Shown in pieces: positions 8,994 through 19,173 of a stretch of 64,000 bases of DNA; position 1 is the stretch's first letter, and the number at the start of each line of letters is the position of its first letter. The stretch is from a virus. The DNA lies in IMG/VR virus record IMGVR_UViG_3300017766_005465, positions 32,001 through 96,000 of that record. One strand, written 5' to 3'. Under the pieces are notes generated by a model. It made no database searches and was not told where the DNA came from. It worked only from the letters and a program-made list of their open reading frames with translations. The position numbers and the translations under genes are program-made.

Positions 8994-9737
8994 ATGGCTA
9001 GAAAATCAACACGGAAACAACGCCAACTAGAGGACAACCACCTTCTTTCGACGGAGAGCGCCCCCGCCCAGCCCAAATTCCAGGAGAATAGGACGCTGAT
9101 GCCCCGCAACCCAAACCAGGTGGATGCAATGAGATACCTGCGTACCAAGACTCTCACGATGCTCTCGGGACCGCCTGGCACCGCTAAGACCCTTCTCGCG
9201 ACGTACGTAGCCTGCGAGAAGCTGGCAAAGCGCGAGATCGACAAGATCTACTACGTAAAGCCCGTGGTCGATGTCCCCGGAGAACAGGGGCTTGGCTTCC
9301 TACCCGGTAACCTCGAAGAGAAGATCGCACCGCACATCTGCCCGGTTCGCGACTCGTTGGAGGTGTTCATGCCCAAAGGCAAAGCGGAGTACCTCCTCTC
9401 GAAGAAGTACATCGAGTTCCTGCCGATCGACCACCTGAGAGGACGTTCGCTGCGCCGCTGCGTAATCATCGCCGACGAGATGCAGAACACCACCACCCAC
9501 AGCCTCATGACGATTCTCACACGTCTAGGTGACGGATCGAGCATCGCCCTGCTCGGGGACGTGGTGCAGAGGGATTTGTCGGGCAAGTTCGGCGGGGATG
9601 GTCTTTCCGACGCCCTAAGACGGCTCAAACTCCTCCCAGAGGTGGGTCACGTGGAGTTTGGGTTCGATGACATAGAGAGGTCGAGTTTCGTCCAGTCGGT
9701 GATCCGGGCCTACTCGGACCTGTACGTCTCCAGGTGA
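8994..9737 (+). CDS. phoH: PhoH-family ATPase
   Basis: GPPGTAKT Walker A variant; LGFLPGNLEEK; LRGRSL; IIADEMQN; LTRLG; GDVVQRD. Confidence 0.95.
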   Translation: MARKSTRKQRQLEDNHLLSTESAPAQPKFQENRTLMPRNPNQVDAMRYLRTKTLTMLSGPPGTAKTLLATYVACEKLAKREIDKIYYVKPVVDVPGEQGLGFLPGNLEEKIAPHICPVRDSLEVFMPKGKAEYLLSKKYIEFLPIDHLRGRSLRRCVIIADEMQNTTTHSLMTILTRLGDGSSIALLGDVVQRDLSGKFGGDGLSDALRRLKLLPEVGHVEFGFDDIERSSFVQSVIRAYSDLYVSR

Positions 9738-9745
9738 TAGAGGAG

Positions 9746-9753
9746 GTTTAAGG
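9746..9753 (+). promoter_or_regulatory. Putative late promoter box GTTTAAGG
   Basis: Intergenic, 26 nt upstream of ATG 9780. Confidence 0.65.
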
Positions 9754-9779
9754 TATACTAGAAGTAGTGCTTTGAGAAG

Positions 9780-12700
9780 ATGCCTAAGCAAAAGACCGGC
9801 GGAAGACTGAGAGTTTCCCGCACCCAGCCTCAACTGTTCCTGCAGAAGGACCGTGCTGAGACCGAGGTGAAGTACTTCGGTCTGCTTAGGGACGAAGCGC
9901 TCGGCGACCTGACCTCCAACGACGAGGCGCTGGCCGGAGTACTGAAGGACATCCAGGACTCGGCCGAGGCCTCCACCCTCGGTAACTTCGGGCCCCCGGA
10001 CATACAGATCCTCGACGGTATTTTCAGATTCGGTCTGAAGCGGGAGGATTTTGAGGTGCTGAGCGGCGCCTCCATCAACGCTCTGGACGAGCAGGGCGTG
10101 TCTGCACCGTTGGTCAGCCCACGACAGCGTATCGCCGACCGCATAACCCAGGCCGAGGGATTTGCCGGAAGGGGGACGATCTACCAGGGCCAGGGATCGG
10201 TGCTCTTCAAGTACTACGTTCCGGCAGACCAACCTACCGGCTCGACGAACAAGTACTCCCACACCAACCTACCGCCATTTTTCACTGAGGCCATCACCTC
10301 CACGGCATTCAACTCCGCGGACTTTGTGCCCCTTACGGATACGCAGATCGCCGAGACTCACCGTGTAGGGTATGTCAAGGACGGAGCATTCGTGCCTGAT
10401 GTCGAGAATGAGTACTGGTGGAGTGGGGAGTACAACTACGACTTTCTCAGCGCCAACGAGTACGGCAGTCAGACGGAATCCGCTCTGACAAACCCCAAGT
10501 TCCCGATCGTTCGCGACGGTAACATGAAATTCGACCAGATCCCCCTGCGTGGTATCAACACCAAGTACAACTGGGGGTTGAGGTTTGATATGTGGATGGC
10601 GAAGGGAGCCATCTTGGGTACCACTCTGAGGAGGCTGTCGGCTCAGGTAAACGGGCACATCCGCGTCGATTACTTCGATAAGACTGGCTATAACCCCACC
10701 ACTGGGGCCGTGGAGGGTACCTGGAGAACCGCGGTAAATACCGCCGATCCCTCCACCTACTACGTCCAGGTCTCCAAGGAGGTGGCCGCACCCAACGCCC
10801 TAGGTAGCCAGATCCACTACATCCAGGGCGGACCGACGATGCCCCTGGGCTCTGGAACGGGAACCCTCCCAGCTCAGAGAAGCCTGGCGGACGGCTCGGC
10901 GTTTGACTTCAGCAAGACCTACTCCGATAGGGAGGGGAATCCCGTATCGAACTTCGATGGGGATTACGTTCCCGTGGTTGTGAGGTTCTGGTACGGTCAG
11001 CCATCCACCGACCCGGCCCAGACAAACATACTTACCAACAAACCCCTAGGCCCTGCGGGTTTCTTCATCCGGTCCATAGAGACCAATATCAACCCGGTGG
11101 ATCTTCCGAGCTGGAATGATTACTCCTCGCAACTCAGAGTTACTTGGAGTACTGCGCAGAGTGCCTGGGAGGTGGATACGTCAGCTGGTGGTAGCGCTGC
11201 CGCCGAGGCCAACTTTGTTAACTTCAGCAAATTCTTCGAGATCGTAGGCTACACTTTTATCGGCGCTTCCCAACCCGGAAGTGTATTGGGATACAACGTA
11301 CCCTCGGCTCTCACCATCGCCACCAAGACGGCCCCCGTGCTCGGAGTCACCTACTCCCAGTTCTCCATCTCTGGCCTATCACCCACCAACGGGCAGAAGA
11401 TCTGGGTGCTGGTGAAGAACCGTCCCCGCACCGTCATACCAACCACAGAGCTGAGGTACGACGAGCCGCTCTGGCAGAGATTCCTCTTCAATCCCAACCA
11501 GACCGGGAAGTACAAATCCGTCTACGACATGCTGGACGGGGTGGGGGCGAACTTCGTCAACCCCGACCCCTCCAAAATACCCTTTGAGCAGAATCTGGGC
11601 CTGTACAAAGCCAAATTCGGAAATCTACCAGAGCTGAATACCTACGGCACTGACCGGTACGATGGAATGCTTCCCAACTCCATCACAACCGCGGCCGCTC
11701 AGAGGGACTACGACTACAACCACTCCAAGCTTCTGATGATCGGGAGGCAGAGGAAGGGCACCGTTGCCGAGATCGGCACCACCTCTCCCTACTCCGGCAA
11801 GAACCTAGTGCCCGGGGAGGTTCGCAAGGACGGCGCCAACTACACCTTTATAGAGGTGATAGAGGATCAGGCCGGGTTTGGCGGTAACGTGATAATCGCC
11901 GGGTTCCCCACAAACGACCTAGGGGTTATAGACACCGCAACCCTCACCAACTACGGTAAGGCCCTGCACATGGCGGACAACTCCACAACATTCTCCAACA
12001 TCTCCAGGCAGAATATCTCCACCCTCACCCCCACCAAACTACCCTCCGATCCCGACTTCAACCCCGGCACGATCAGAGTCCTCTACGAGGAGGTGGATGG
12101 TCAGGGTCGTTTATACTACGGATCGTGGGATGGTACCACCTTCACCCGCGATACCACTGGGGTGGTGGCTCAGTTGGCGCTCGGAGGTTCCGTCAGAAAC
12201 CACCTCTCCAAGTCGGCCTTCACGGTGGCCTTCAGGAAGGGGACGACGGACTACAGTTTCTACTGTCTGATAGGTGTGCAGAGAACCTCGTTCGCTAGCG
12301 TTACGCTAACAGTGAACTCTGGAGATACTACGATCACCACGTCGGGGGGTGTATTCTCCCCGGACTCCGCCGGTAGCAACAACAGTCAGTATATCGGTTC
12401 CGAGATCTACTTCGCGGGTGACGCGACGGTAAGAAGAGTCACCTCGTACAACGCATCGACCGGCAGAGTGACCTTCACCCCGTCAAAGCCCGCGGGAGTG
12501 TACAGTAACTGCCAGGTGTACTACAACCACTTCCAGCTCGGTGGAACGCTTCCGTCCTTCATCACCGACTCCTCAGGTGCCAGGGTGAGCCGGGCGGGTG
12601 TCATCCCCTCCCCCACAGGTGGCAACGTTGCCGATCGGCTCGTGCAGATAAAACTGGTCATGAATGGAGCCTACCAGTACCTGCGAGTCGATCAGGGCGC

Positions 12701-13325
12701 TGGGTTGAGTTTCGGAGAGACCCTGTACGTTAAGGCTTCGTCCTCGCCCTCTCCAGGTAGTCCGTTCTCGCAGGATACGGAACTTCCTGCCCCACCGGCG
12801 GACATTGTTGTGCCATTCGGCTACGATAATACACCTGGGTCATCGGACCCCGGTCTTGGTGGCCTGTGCTACCCTCCCTACTCTATACAGAACATCGATC
12901 TCCAGGGACTGGTGAAGACCGACGCCGTTCTTTACAACTCCGGCCTCACGCCAGAGGGTCAGTTTGACGTCTGGTGGGGTGGAAGGATCAGTAATGTCTC
13001 CGACATGGGACAGAAGTTCCTCCATGTCACCGATAAACTGATGTTCGATTTCTCCGCGGCGGAGCGGACAAACCTTCTCTCCACTCTCCTAGCGTCGCAG
13101 AAACCCGTATTCACTGGAGCGGAGTACACTCACAAACTAGAGGTGGAGTTGGGCGTGGGCCTACCCACCGACTCCGCCACGGCCATCAACGCCAACATCT
13201 ACAACGACGCTCGCCTTCACTCCAACAACAAGCCAGTGAAGGATAAGTACTATCTCTTCATCCAGAAGCAGGAAGGGGGCCGGCAGTTGAGAGTCCTCTC
13301 CGCTAACAACCCCTCCTGGACCTGA
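9780..13325 (+). CDS. Large virion structural protein with possible PA14-like domain
   Basis: 1181 aa, beta-rich; NWGLRFDMWM...YVPVVVRFWYG resembles PA14; N-terminal GLxRxxxLxDL motif. Confidence 0.6.
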   Translation: MPKQKTGGRLRVSRTQPQLFLQKDRAETEVKYFGLLRDEALGDLTSNDEALAGVLKDIQDSAEASTLGNFGPPDIQILDGIFRFGLKREDFEVLSGASINALDEQGVSAPLVSPRQRIADRITQAEGFAGRGTIYQGQGSVLFKYYVPADQPTGSTNKYSHTNLPPFFTEAITSTAFNSADFVPLTDTQIAETHRVGYVKDGAFVPDVENEYWWSGEYNYDFLSANEYGSQTESALTNPKFPIVRDGNMKFDQIPLRGINTKYNWGLRFDMWMAKGAILGTTLRRLSAQVNGHIRVDYFDKTGYNPTTGAVEGTWRTAVNTADPSTYYVQVSKEVAAPNALGSQIHYIQGGPTMPLGSGTGTLPAQRSLADGSAFDFSKTYSDREGNPVSNFDGDYVPVVVRFWYGQPSTDPAQTNILTNKPLGPAGFFIRSIETNINPVDLPSWNDYSSQLRVTWSTAQSAWEVDTSAGGSAAAEANFVNFSKFFEIVGYTFIGASQPGSVLGYNVPSALTIATKTAPVLGVTYSQFSISGLSPTNGQKIWVLVKNRPRTVIPTTELRYDEPLWQRFLFNPNQTGKYKSVYDMLDGVGANFVNPDPSKIPFEQNLGLYKAKFGNLPELNTYGTDRYDGMLPNSITTAAAQRDYDYNHSKLLMIGRQRKGTVAEIGTTSPYSGKNLVPGEVRKDGANYTFIEVIEDQAGFGGNVIIAGFPTNDLGVIDTATLTNYGKALHMADNSTTFSNISRQNISTLTPTKLPSDPDFNPGTIRVLYEEVDGQGRLYYGSWDGTTFTRDTTGVVAQLALGGSVRNHLSKSAFTVAFRKGTTDYSFYCLIGVQRTSFASVTLTVNSGDTTITTSGGVFSPDSAGSNNSQYIGSEIYFAGDATVRRVTSYNASTGRVTFTPSKPAGVYSNCQVYYNHFQLGGTLPSFITDSSGARVSRAGVIPSPTGGNVADRLVQIKLVMNGAYQYLRVDQGAGLSFGETLYVKASSSPSPGSPFSQDTELPAPPADIVVPFGYDNTPGSSDPGLGGLCYPPYSIQNIDLQGLVKTDAVLYNSGLTPEGQFDVWWGGRISNVSDMGQKFLHVTDKLMFDFSAAERTNLLSTLLASQKPVFTGAEYTHKLEVELGVGLPTDSATAINANIYNDARLHSNNKPVKDKYYLFIQKQEGGRQLRVLSANNPSWT

Positions 13326-13328
13326 GTC

Positions 13329-15704
13329 TTACGGTGCCAGGGTGAATAGCGGGACAGCGTATATAGTCGCCGGCAACCCATTTCTGATGACGCTCACATT
13401 GCCCACTGCCGGAGCGGTGGGGATGTGGTAGTAGAAGGCGCCGTCGCGACCGTTAGTGTGGATACGTTGTGCCAACTCGGAGATGGTCGTGTTGTACGAG
13501 TACCAGTTTGTTATCGCGGGGTCGTTCGTGGTCAGAGTGCCCTCAGCGCTCAGGGCGCCGAAACTCTGCCCGGTGAAACTAGCACCGCTCCCCGCGACGG
13601 TAGGGTTGGCAGAAGCCGCAGCTCCAGCGGAGTCCGTGATGGATTGGAAGAAGGGCTTATCGGTTGTCGAGAATGCCCGCCTGTACTCAGAACCCACTTT
13701 AAGGAATAGGCCCGGCGTACGTATCTGGAAGTTAGGGTCGGGTACGATGAGGCTCAGTGTCCCAGAGCTGACAGTATTTAGACCGGTGGCGATAGAGAAC
13801 GCCGACGGACTCACGTACGTAGCAACGTAGTTCCCGGCAGGGAAATTATTGCCCGCCAAGGCGGTAACCTCCGACACTCTCACAACATTCCCGGTCTGCA
13901 CGGAGTGACCGACCAGCGTGATAGTAACCGCCCCGGACGCCGTGGAGGACCAGGAGACAAGAGGCCCCATCACGAACTCGGAGACAGAGGTTCTTAGCCT
14001 ATCCCCCGTTATAGAGTTGGCTCCCAGGGTGGTGTCATTCGGATCGAGTATGAAGTCCTGATCGCGCATCACCACTCTCTGCCATATCACAACGTCCTTA
14101 CCCGCGAAGGAGTTGTAGGTGTAGCCGAAGATATTCTCCTCGGAGTCCGCGGGAGTTGGCCTTCTCGTATTCTGGATGGCTGTTCTGGAACTGTCCTTCA
14201 GTCCCTGAGCTCCGTTGCTGAGGTTGTTAATAGCCTCGGACACGGAAGCTCCCAGGGAGATCACATCTTCGGTGTAACTGCGAAGGTACAGGGGAGACTG
14301 GGCAAACTTAAACTGAAGGAGGTTATTGACATTCACTCCGTCAAATCTCCTGATGCGGATGCTCTGCTCCTCGGTCAGGCCAGTCGCCGGCGTGTTCCTA
14401 TCCACGAACAGGTACTCGCCCCGCTCATCGTCGAATAGGAAGAACCCCTCGTTAGTGGCGTTCTTGACAGTGTACGTAAAGACTTTGGTGCGGATCGCCT
14501 CGGGCATGCCCTCGAAGAACGGGCCGCGTTGCTTGCGAATCTTCACCACCTGACCGGTTCTGGAGTCGTTAAAGGTCCCCTCGACAACTTCCAAGTCCTC
14601 GGGTATGATGTAGTTCTGCCCCTCGTCAGTGAGTTGGATGCTCTTAACTCTGAACCTGGAGCCGGAACCGGCTGTGAATCTTGTCAGTTCCTCCGTCGAG
14701 CATACCTCGCAACTCTGAGTGGTATTCACCGAGCCTACGGGAAGGATAACGGAGAACTGGTTCTGATCGACCACCGTCACAGAACTCACAAATCCGCTCT
14801 TCAGTGTGCCTGTGAGCACTCTGATGTAGACCGATAAGCCGTTACTAAGCCCGTGGTTGTTTAACGTAATTGTGGTCGGGGCGGTGGAGCCTAACTGAAG
14901 CCCGAATGACGTATTCGAGTACGTGGCCGCGGTTCCTGGCAGGTAGTCGTAGGAAAGTCTGCCAAAGACCACATCGGCTCGTGCCGACGTGCTCCCGCTC
15001 GACTTGCCCTTCAGCTGGACATTGCTGAGAACGATGTCGGAGCTGACCACCTGCACAGCTCCGGAGCCCGAGATCGACCCCCCGGCATTCACCACGGTGA
15101 AAGTAGACGGGGAGGGCACGGACTGCACAGTGTACTCCCCGTACGTAGCGTTGGTACCCCCACCGGAGTTTTCAAATCTGAGCAGAACACCCTGCCCCAC
15201 CTTGAATCCATGGGCGGCGAGGGTGATAGTGACGGTGGATGAGGCGCTCACCGCCCACGTCCCGGAGAAAGTATCTATGTTCGACGGAGCGTCCTGCGAA
15301 TTCAGGAAGTAAAAACCACCGCCCCCCAGAATAACCTCCAGGCCCGGAATCGATCCCGAGACGGAGTACTTGGGAGATCTAGCGGTCTGATCACTGCCGG
15401 TACCCGCGAGGTACTCGGAGAAATACACTTTGTTCTCGTCGGTGTAGGTGAAGTAGAGAGTGGAGAACTTTGTCCTCTTCAGAACGCTACCTGTGATGGT
15501 GCGTAGTTTCTCCGTTGTCAGTCTGAAGATCTGAGTGTCCTCGTTATCCTTCAGGCCCGAGAAGCATGAGGACTCGATGGTCGAGGATAGCGAGAACAAC
15601 TCGATGTCTCTTTCTATACCAGGAGCGTACAGCTTCTGCAGAGCGGTCTTGAGGTTGAGATTAGATTCGGATAGATTCTTCGATCTAGCTAGGCCGATTG
15701 CCAT
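13329..15704 (-). CDS. Virion structural protein with three FCCH-like beta domains
   Basis: Repeats TVTITLAAHGFKVGQGV, TTITLNNHGLSNGLSV, AVTITLVGHSVQTGNVV. Confidence 0.65.
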   Translation of the reverse strand: MAIGLARSKNLSESNLNLKTALQKLYAPGIERDIELFSLSSTIESSCFSGLKDNEDTQIFRLTTEKLRTITGSVLKRTKFSTLYFTYTDENKVYFSEYLAGTGSDQTARSPKYSVSGSIPGLEVILGGGGFYFLNSQDAPSNIDTFSGTWAVSASSTVTITLAAHGFKVGQGVLLRFENSGGGTNATYGEYTVQSVPSPSTFTVVNAGGSISGSGAVQVVSSDIVLSNVQLKGKSSGSTSARADVVFGRLSYDYLPGTAATYSNTSFGLQLGSTAPTTITLNNHGLSNGLSVYIRVLTGTLKSGFVSSVTVVDQNQFSVILPVGSVNTTQSCEVCSTEELTRFTAGSGSRFRVKSIQLTDEGQNYIIPEDLEVVEGTFNDSRTGQVVKIRKQRGPFFEGMPEAIRTKVFTYTVKNATNEGFFLFDDERGEYLFVDRNTPATGLTEEQSIRIRRFDGVNVNNLLQFKFAQSPLYLRSYTEDVISLGASVSEAINNLSNGAQGLKDSSRTAIQNTRRPTPADSEENIFGYTYNSFAGKDVVIWQRVVMRDQDFILDPNDTTLGANSITGDRLRTSVSEFVMGPLVSWSSTASGAVTITLVGHSVQTGNVVRVSEVTALAGNNFPAGNYVATYVSPSAFSIATGLNTVSSGTLSLIVPDPNFQIRTPGLFLKVGSEYRRAFSTTDKPFFQSITDSAGAAASANPTVAGSGASFTGQSFGALSAEGTLTTNDPAITNWYSYNTTISELAQRIHTNGRDGAFYYHIPTAPAVGNVSVIRNGLPATIYAVPLFTLAP

Positions 15705-15723
15705 GTTCTACTGCGCTCCTGAT

Positions 15724-18700
15724 TTAGAAGAGTTGGATGGTGATGGTGGAGTAGGTATTTCCTACACCGAGCTGATTGAACTTAGTCTCCAGTGGATCGG
15801 GGACCGTCACGGTCTCGCCGGCGGCGTTAACGTACGTTGAGGTCTGGTCGAAGATCTCGCCCCTTGTCCAGTTCTGATACTCCTTGTTGGCGGAGTTGTA
15901 CTTTGTGGAGAGGATGTTGACAATGAAATTGGGGCGGATGTTCTTCGTGCGGAAGTACACCGCGATGTCGTGGACGTCATTGATAATGCGTTTGACCGAC
16001 TCCTTGGTGAGAACATTGCCCTCGAGCATGAATCTCAGGAGGGGCGGGGGCGAGGACGATCCGGTGCTCATGCCGGTGATATTCTTCAGGGTCCCCGACT
16101 GGTACTCCGAGAGGAGGTTGTTGTCAAGGTAGACGAATCTCAGCGCCCTGCAGTTTGTAAATAGGGGTATGGTGCCCGTCAGTTTTGCCGATCTGATATA
16201 CACCTGGTCCAGTGACACGTGGTTGTTAAAGAACTCCGAGATGTTCTGCCCCGCCCGGCGGAACGTGAGCGAGGCGGAGGTCACCGAGACCGGCGCATTG
16301 ATGTAGAGGAATAGATTGTCCCTGTCGATCTGGGTCACCCGACCGATGAAGCTCGTACCGCTATACACCTCGTCTCCGACCATGGCCTGGGAGTCTATTC
16401 TGAAGCCGCCCGGATTGCTCTGGTACAGTTTGTCGGACAGAGCGTTGGAGGTGTTGTTGTTGTTCCGTGACGTCCATGTCACACCCGGAGTATTCTCCTC
16501 CAGGGCGCCTGTCACGAGAGGCGCGATAAGCTTACCGCGATCGGCAACTGCTCCCCAGTTTCCTGGGTATCGCTGGGATAGTGTGCTATCCAGATTGACG
16601 TAACCAAGACCCTGGTTGACGGACGTTGTCTTGAAGTTGGGAAGCAGGGAACCACCGACCCCGTTGCCATTAGACGGGCCGTAGATAGACCCCACTCTGT
16701 TGGTATTAGTCGAGCCCAAGGCGGAGAGGTCCCTGAACCTGCAGTTGTGTATCCAGGTGTTAAACCCAACCCCTGCGGTGTTATTCGCGGTGAACACGGT
16801 TGGGAACACCCCTGTGAGGTAGGAGTCGCCTACGTAGAAGGTCGATACTCTGGGGAGGTTCTTTAGGTCATCGGGCCTGAACTCCATGTTCCTCGCCCCG
16901 CCATTGAAAATGTTGTGGAGGTAGAGAGCTGAGATAGTGTTATAGGACGTGGCCGTGGCCGGAGCGACAAAATTCTCCGGTAGTAAGTACTGACGCCCGT
17001 CCGAGGTCTCGTAGGGTTCCCAGTTATTAGCTCCCAGGTTGGCGTATGAGAGCTTAGGCGCGCCGGAAATCGAGAAGATCTTCCCCCACCACCCGGAGTA
17101 CCAAGCGTCTATACCGCCTAGGTTGGGAGCCTGAAGGATGTCATCCGAGAGCATAGTACCCACACCCACTCCGGTGTTGTACTTGGTTTTATTGCTCGTC
17201 TGAGCCACGCCGCAGTAGGTGCAGTTTACATTACCGAGCTTGGCCCAGGTAAGGCTTGTGCCATTCGCGATTCTGAAGGCCATGTCCCTGTAGTATATGC
17301 CCAGGTACTGGGCCTCCGCCAACCATCCGCTCCACGCCTGAGCCGCTGTACCCGTCCCCACAAAACTGTACTTGGGGATCCCGTCGACAGTGGTGTTGGG
17401 GATAGAGACTCCCAGATCGGCATTGGTGGTGCAGATACCACCAAACCATCCGCCAGCATCCGATCCGTTATTGATATCGAAGCCCGAGAACTTGAACTGT
17501 CCGATAAACTGCTGCTTGACGGCTCCGCTATCCGCCGTGTTCCAGGTAATGGTGTTTCCTAAGTACCTGATCGAGCCATTGACCTCACCGCGGTGCCCGC
17601 TAAGCCCTAGAGACATCGGGGCATTGTTGTTTTTCAGTTTGGGGATGAGGCCATAGAGGACTCTGGGACTAGTTCCACCGGTGTTTATATTGAGGGATCT
17701 GAGGTTCGGGAAGAGAGTAGTGAAGTCGGGGTTGGTAAGTCTGACCGTTGGCCCTAGATTGAGTTCCTCAAGGAGGATGAATGGTCTGAAGCCATTAGCG
17801 ATATCTACTACCGGAGCTGTGCCCCCATTCACGGAGATATTTCTCTGGTTCTTATACAGTGCGCCGGCGGAGTCCTGGGCGGTGGCTAGGTTACCACCGT
17901 ACGCTGTAATCGCTCCTGAGTTTGTCCAGCCACTATACCCTAGGACTTGGGCCAGAGTGATGTTGGGGATAGCACCCGCCGAACTGGCGCCGGTAACCCC
18001 GACGGGAGGCTCCTGCCAGTCGAAGTAGGATACTATACCATTGAGCCAGAACGCGTTGCCGGAGATATTTAGCTTCTTGAGTTTGCTGTGTAGGGTCTTT
18101 AGCCAGACCGGTAGCGTGGAGAAGTTGTTGTTGGAGATGTTCAGATCTTCCAACGAGGTGAATCCGATCAGTCCCAGGTCCCTGCCCGCCAGCTCTGTCA
18201 TCCCCAACCCGGAGAGGTTAGCGGCCACCACAACCGACGGATCCAGATATATGTACAGCAGGGCATCCACACCATTACATATGGTACCCGAGGTGCTTAC
18301 GTTGATATTGACCGTATTTACCGCACCTGACGACTGCACCGCCCCGCTCCTAGCCAGTCTCAGATCCGACAGCCTCTTAAGCTCCCATCCGTACACGAAA
18401 GCGGGGGATAAGGAGTTAGCGCCTATTCTGGAGAAGGATAGGGTGGCACCGCCGAAGATCCTCACGGGGAGGACGAGCGGGGAGTTCTTGGTGGCGTAGC
18501 ACTGCAGGTTGGTGACGCTTGGAGAGGTGTTTGTGGAGGTCCTCATGTACACCGGGATCTTCAGCGTGTCCGTTGGAGACTCCACGATCGAGCTCCTCTC
18601 TATGAGCAACTTGGAGGATAGTCTTAGCTCGTGGAGGTGGGAGCGCTTCCTGATCCTGAAGAGTCCGGGGTAGGACGCTGAGGTGTAAGCGCCGGCTCCG

Positions 18701-19173
18701 TTCTTCGACGCGCCGAAAAGACTCTCGCGCGAAGTGGGGACGGTGGTGGTTCTCACGTCTCCGTTCTCGTCGAGGAATCTGTATTCGATCCTCTTAGCCG
18801 CCAGACCTCCCTGGAAGACGATGATGTTATCCGACTGGAGATCGGTCACGAAGGACTGCTTTCCTGGCTCGCCTATTGCCTTATCGGTCGTGATGTTACC
18901 CAGCAGGGAGTAGTTGGCGTCTCCGAGTGTCCACGTCGAGATACCTACGGAGTGGATGATGGGTTTATCCAGTCCTCCGACCGTTCTAACGTCCTCCTTA
19001 GTAATCCCCTTGTCCGCGAGTCCATAGATCTGGTCCAGGCCCTCCGGCTCGAGGAGCAGGTTGGTGAGGGCGAGACGCTCGTCGGAGTCGTAGATCTCGC
19101 TGAGATCGTACCTGTCGACCAGACCGATGTCAGGACGATTCTGCTGAAGAAAGCTAAAAGATTCTACCATCAC
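15724..19173 (-). CDS. Leucine-rich-repeat putative virion protein
   Basis: LEDLNISNNNFSTLPVWLKTLHSKLKKLNISGNAF; LTGTIPLFTNCRALRFVYLDNNLLS; 1149 aa. Confidence 0.75.
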   Translation of the reverse strand: MMVESFSFLQQNRPDIGLVDRYDLSEIYDSDERLALTNLLLEPEGLDQIYGLADKGITKEDVRTVGGLDKPIIHSVGISTWTLGDANYSLLGNITTDKAIGEPGKQSFVTDLQSDNIIVFQGGLAAKRIEYRFLDENGDVRTTTVPTSRESLFGASKNGAGAYTSASYPGLFRIRKRSHLHELRLSSKLLIERSSIVESPTDTLKIPVYMRTSTNTSPSVTNLQCYATKNSPLVLPVRIFGGATLSFSRIGANSLSPAFVYGWELKRLSDLRLARSGAVQSSGAVNTVNINVSTSGTICNGVDALLYIYLDPSVVVAANLSGLGMTELAGRDLGLIGFTSLEDLNISNNNFSTLPVWLKTLHSKLKKLNISGNAFWLNGIVSYFDWQEPPVGVTGASSAGAIPNITLAQVLGYSGWTNSGAITAYGGNLATAQDSAGALYKNQRNISVNGGTAPVVDIANGFRPFILLEELNLGPTVRLTNPDFTTLFPNLRSLNINTGGTSPRVLYGLIPKLKNNNAPMSLGLSGHRGEVNGSIRYLGNTITWNTADSGAVKQQFIGQFKFSGFDINNGSDAGGWFGGICTTNADLGVSIPNTTVDGIPKYSFVGTGTAAQAWSGWLAEAQYLGIYYRDMAFRIANGTSLTWAKLGNVNCTYCGVAQTSNKTKYNTGVGVGTMLSDDILQAPNLGGIDAWYSGWWGKIFSISGAPKLSYANLGANNWEPYETSDGRQYLLPENFVAPATATSYNTISALYLHNIFNGGARNMEFRPDDLKNLPRVSTFYVGDSYLTGVFPTVFTANNTAGVGFNTWIHNCRFRDLSALGSTNTNRVGSIYGPSNGNGVGGSLLPNFKTTSVNQGLGYVNLDSTLSQRYPGNWGAVADRGKLIAPLVTGALEENTPGVTWTSRNNNNTSNALSDKLYQSNPGGFRIDSQAMVGDEVYSGTSFIGRVTQIDRDNLFLYINAPVSVTSASLTFRRAGQNISEFFNNHVSLDQVYIRSAKLTGTIPLFTNCRALRFVYLDNNLLSEYQSGTLKNITGMSTGSSSPPPLLRFMLEGNVLTKESVKRIINDVHDIAVYFRTKNIRPNFIVNILSTKYNSANKEYQNWTRGEIFDQTSTYVNAAGETVTVPDPLETKFNQLGVGNTYSTITIQLF

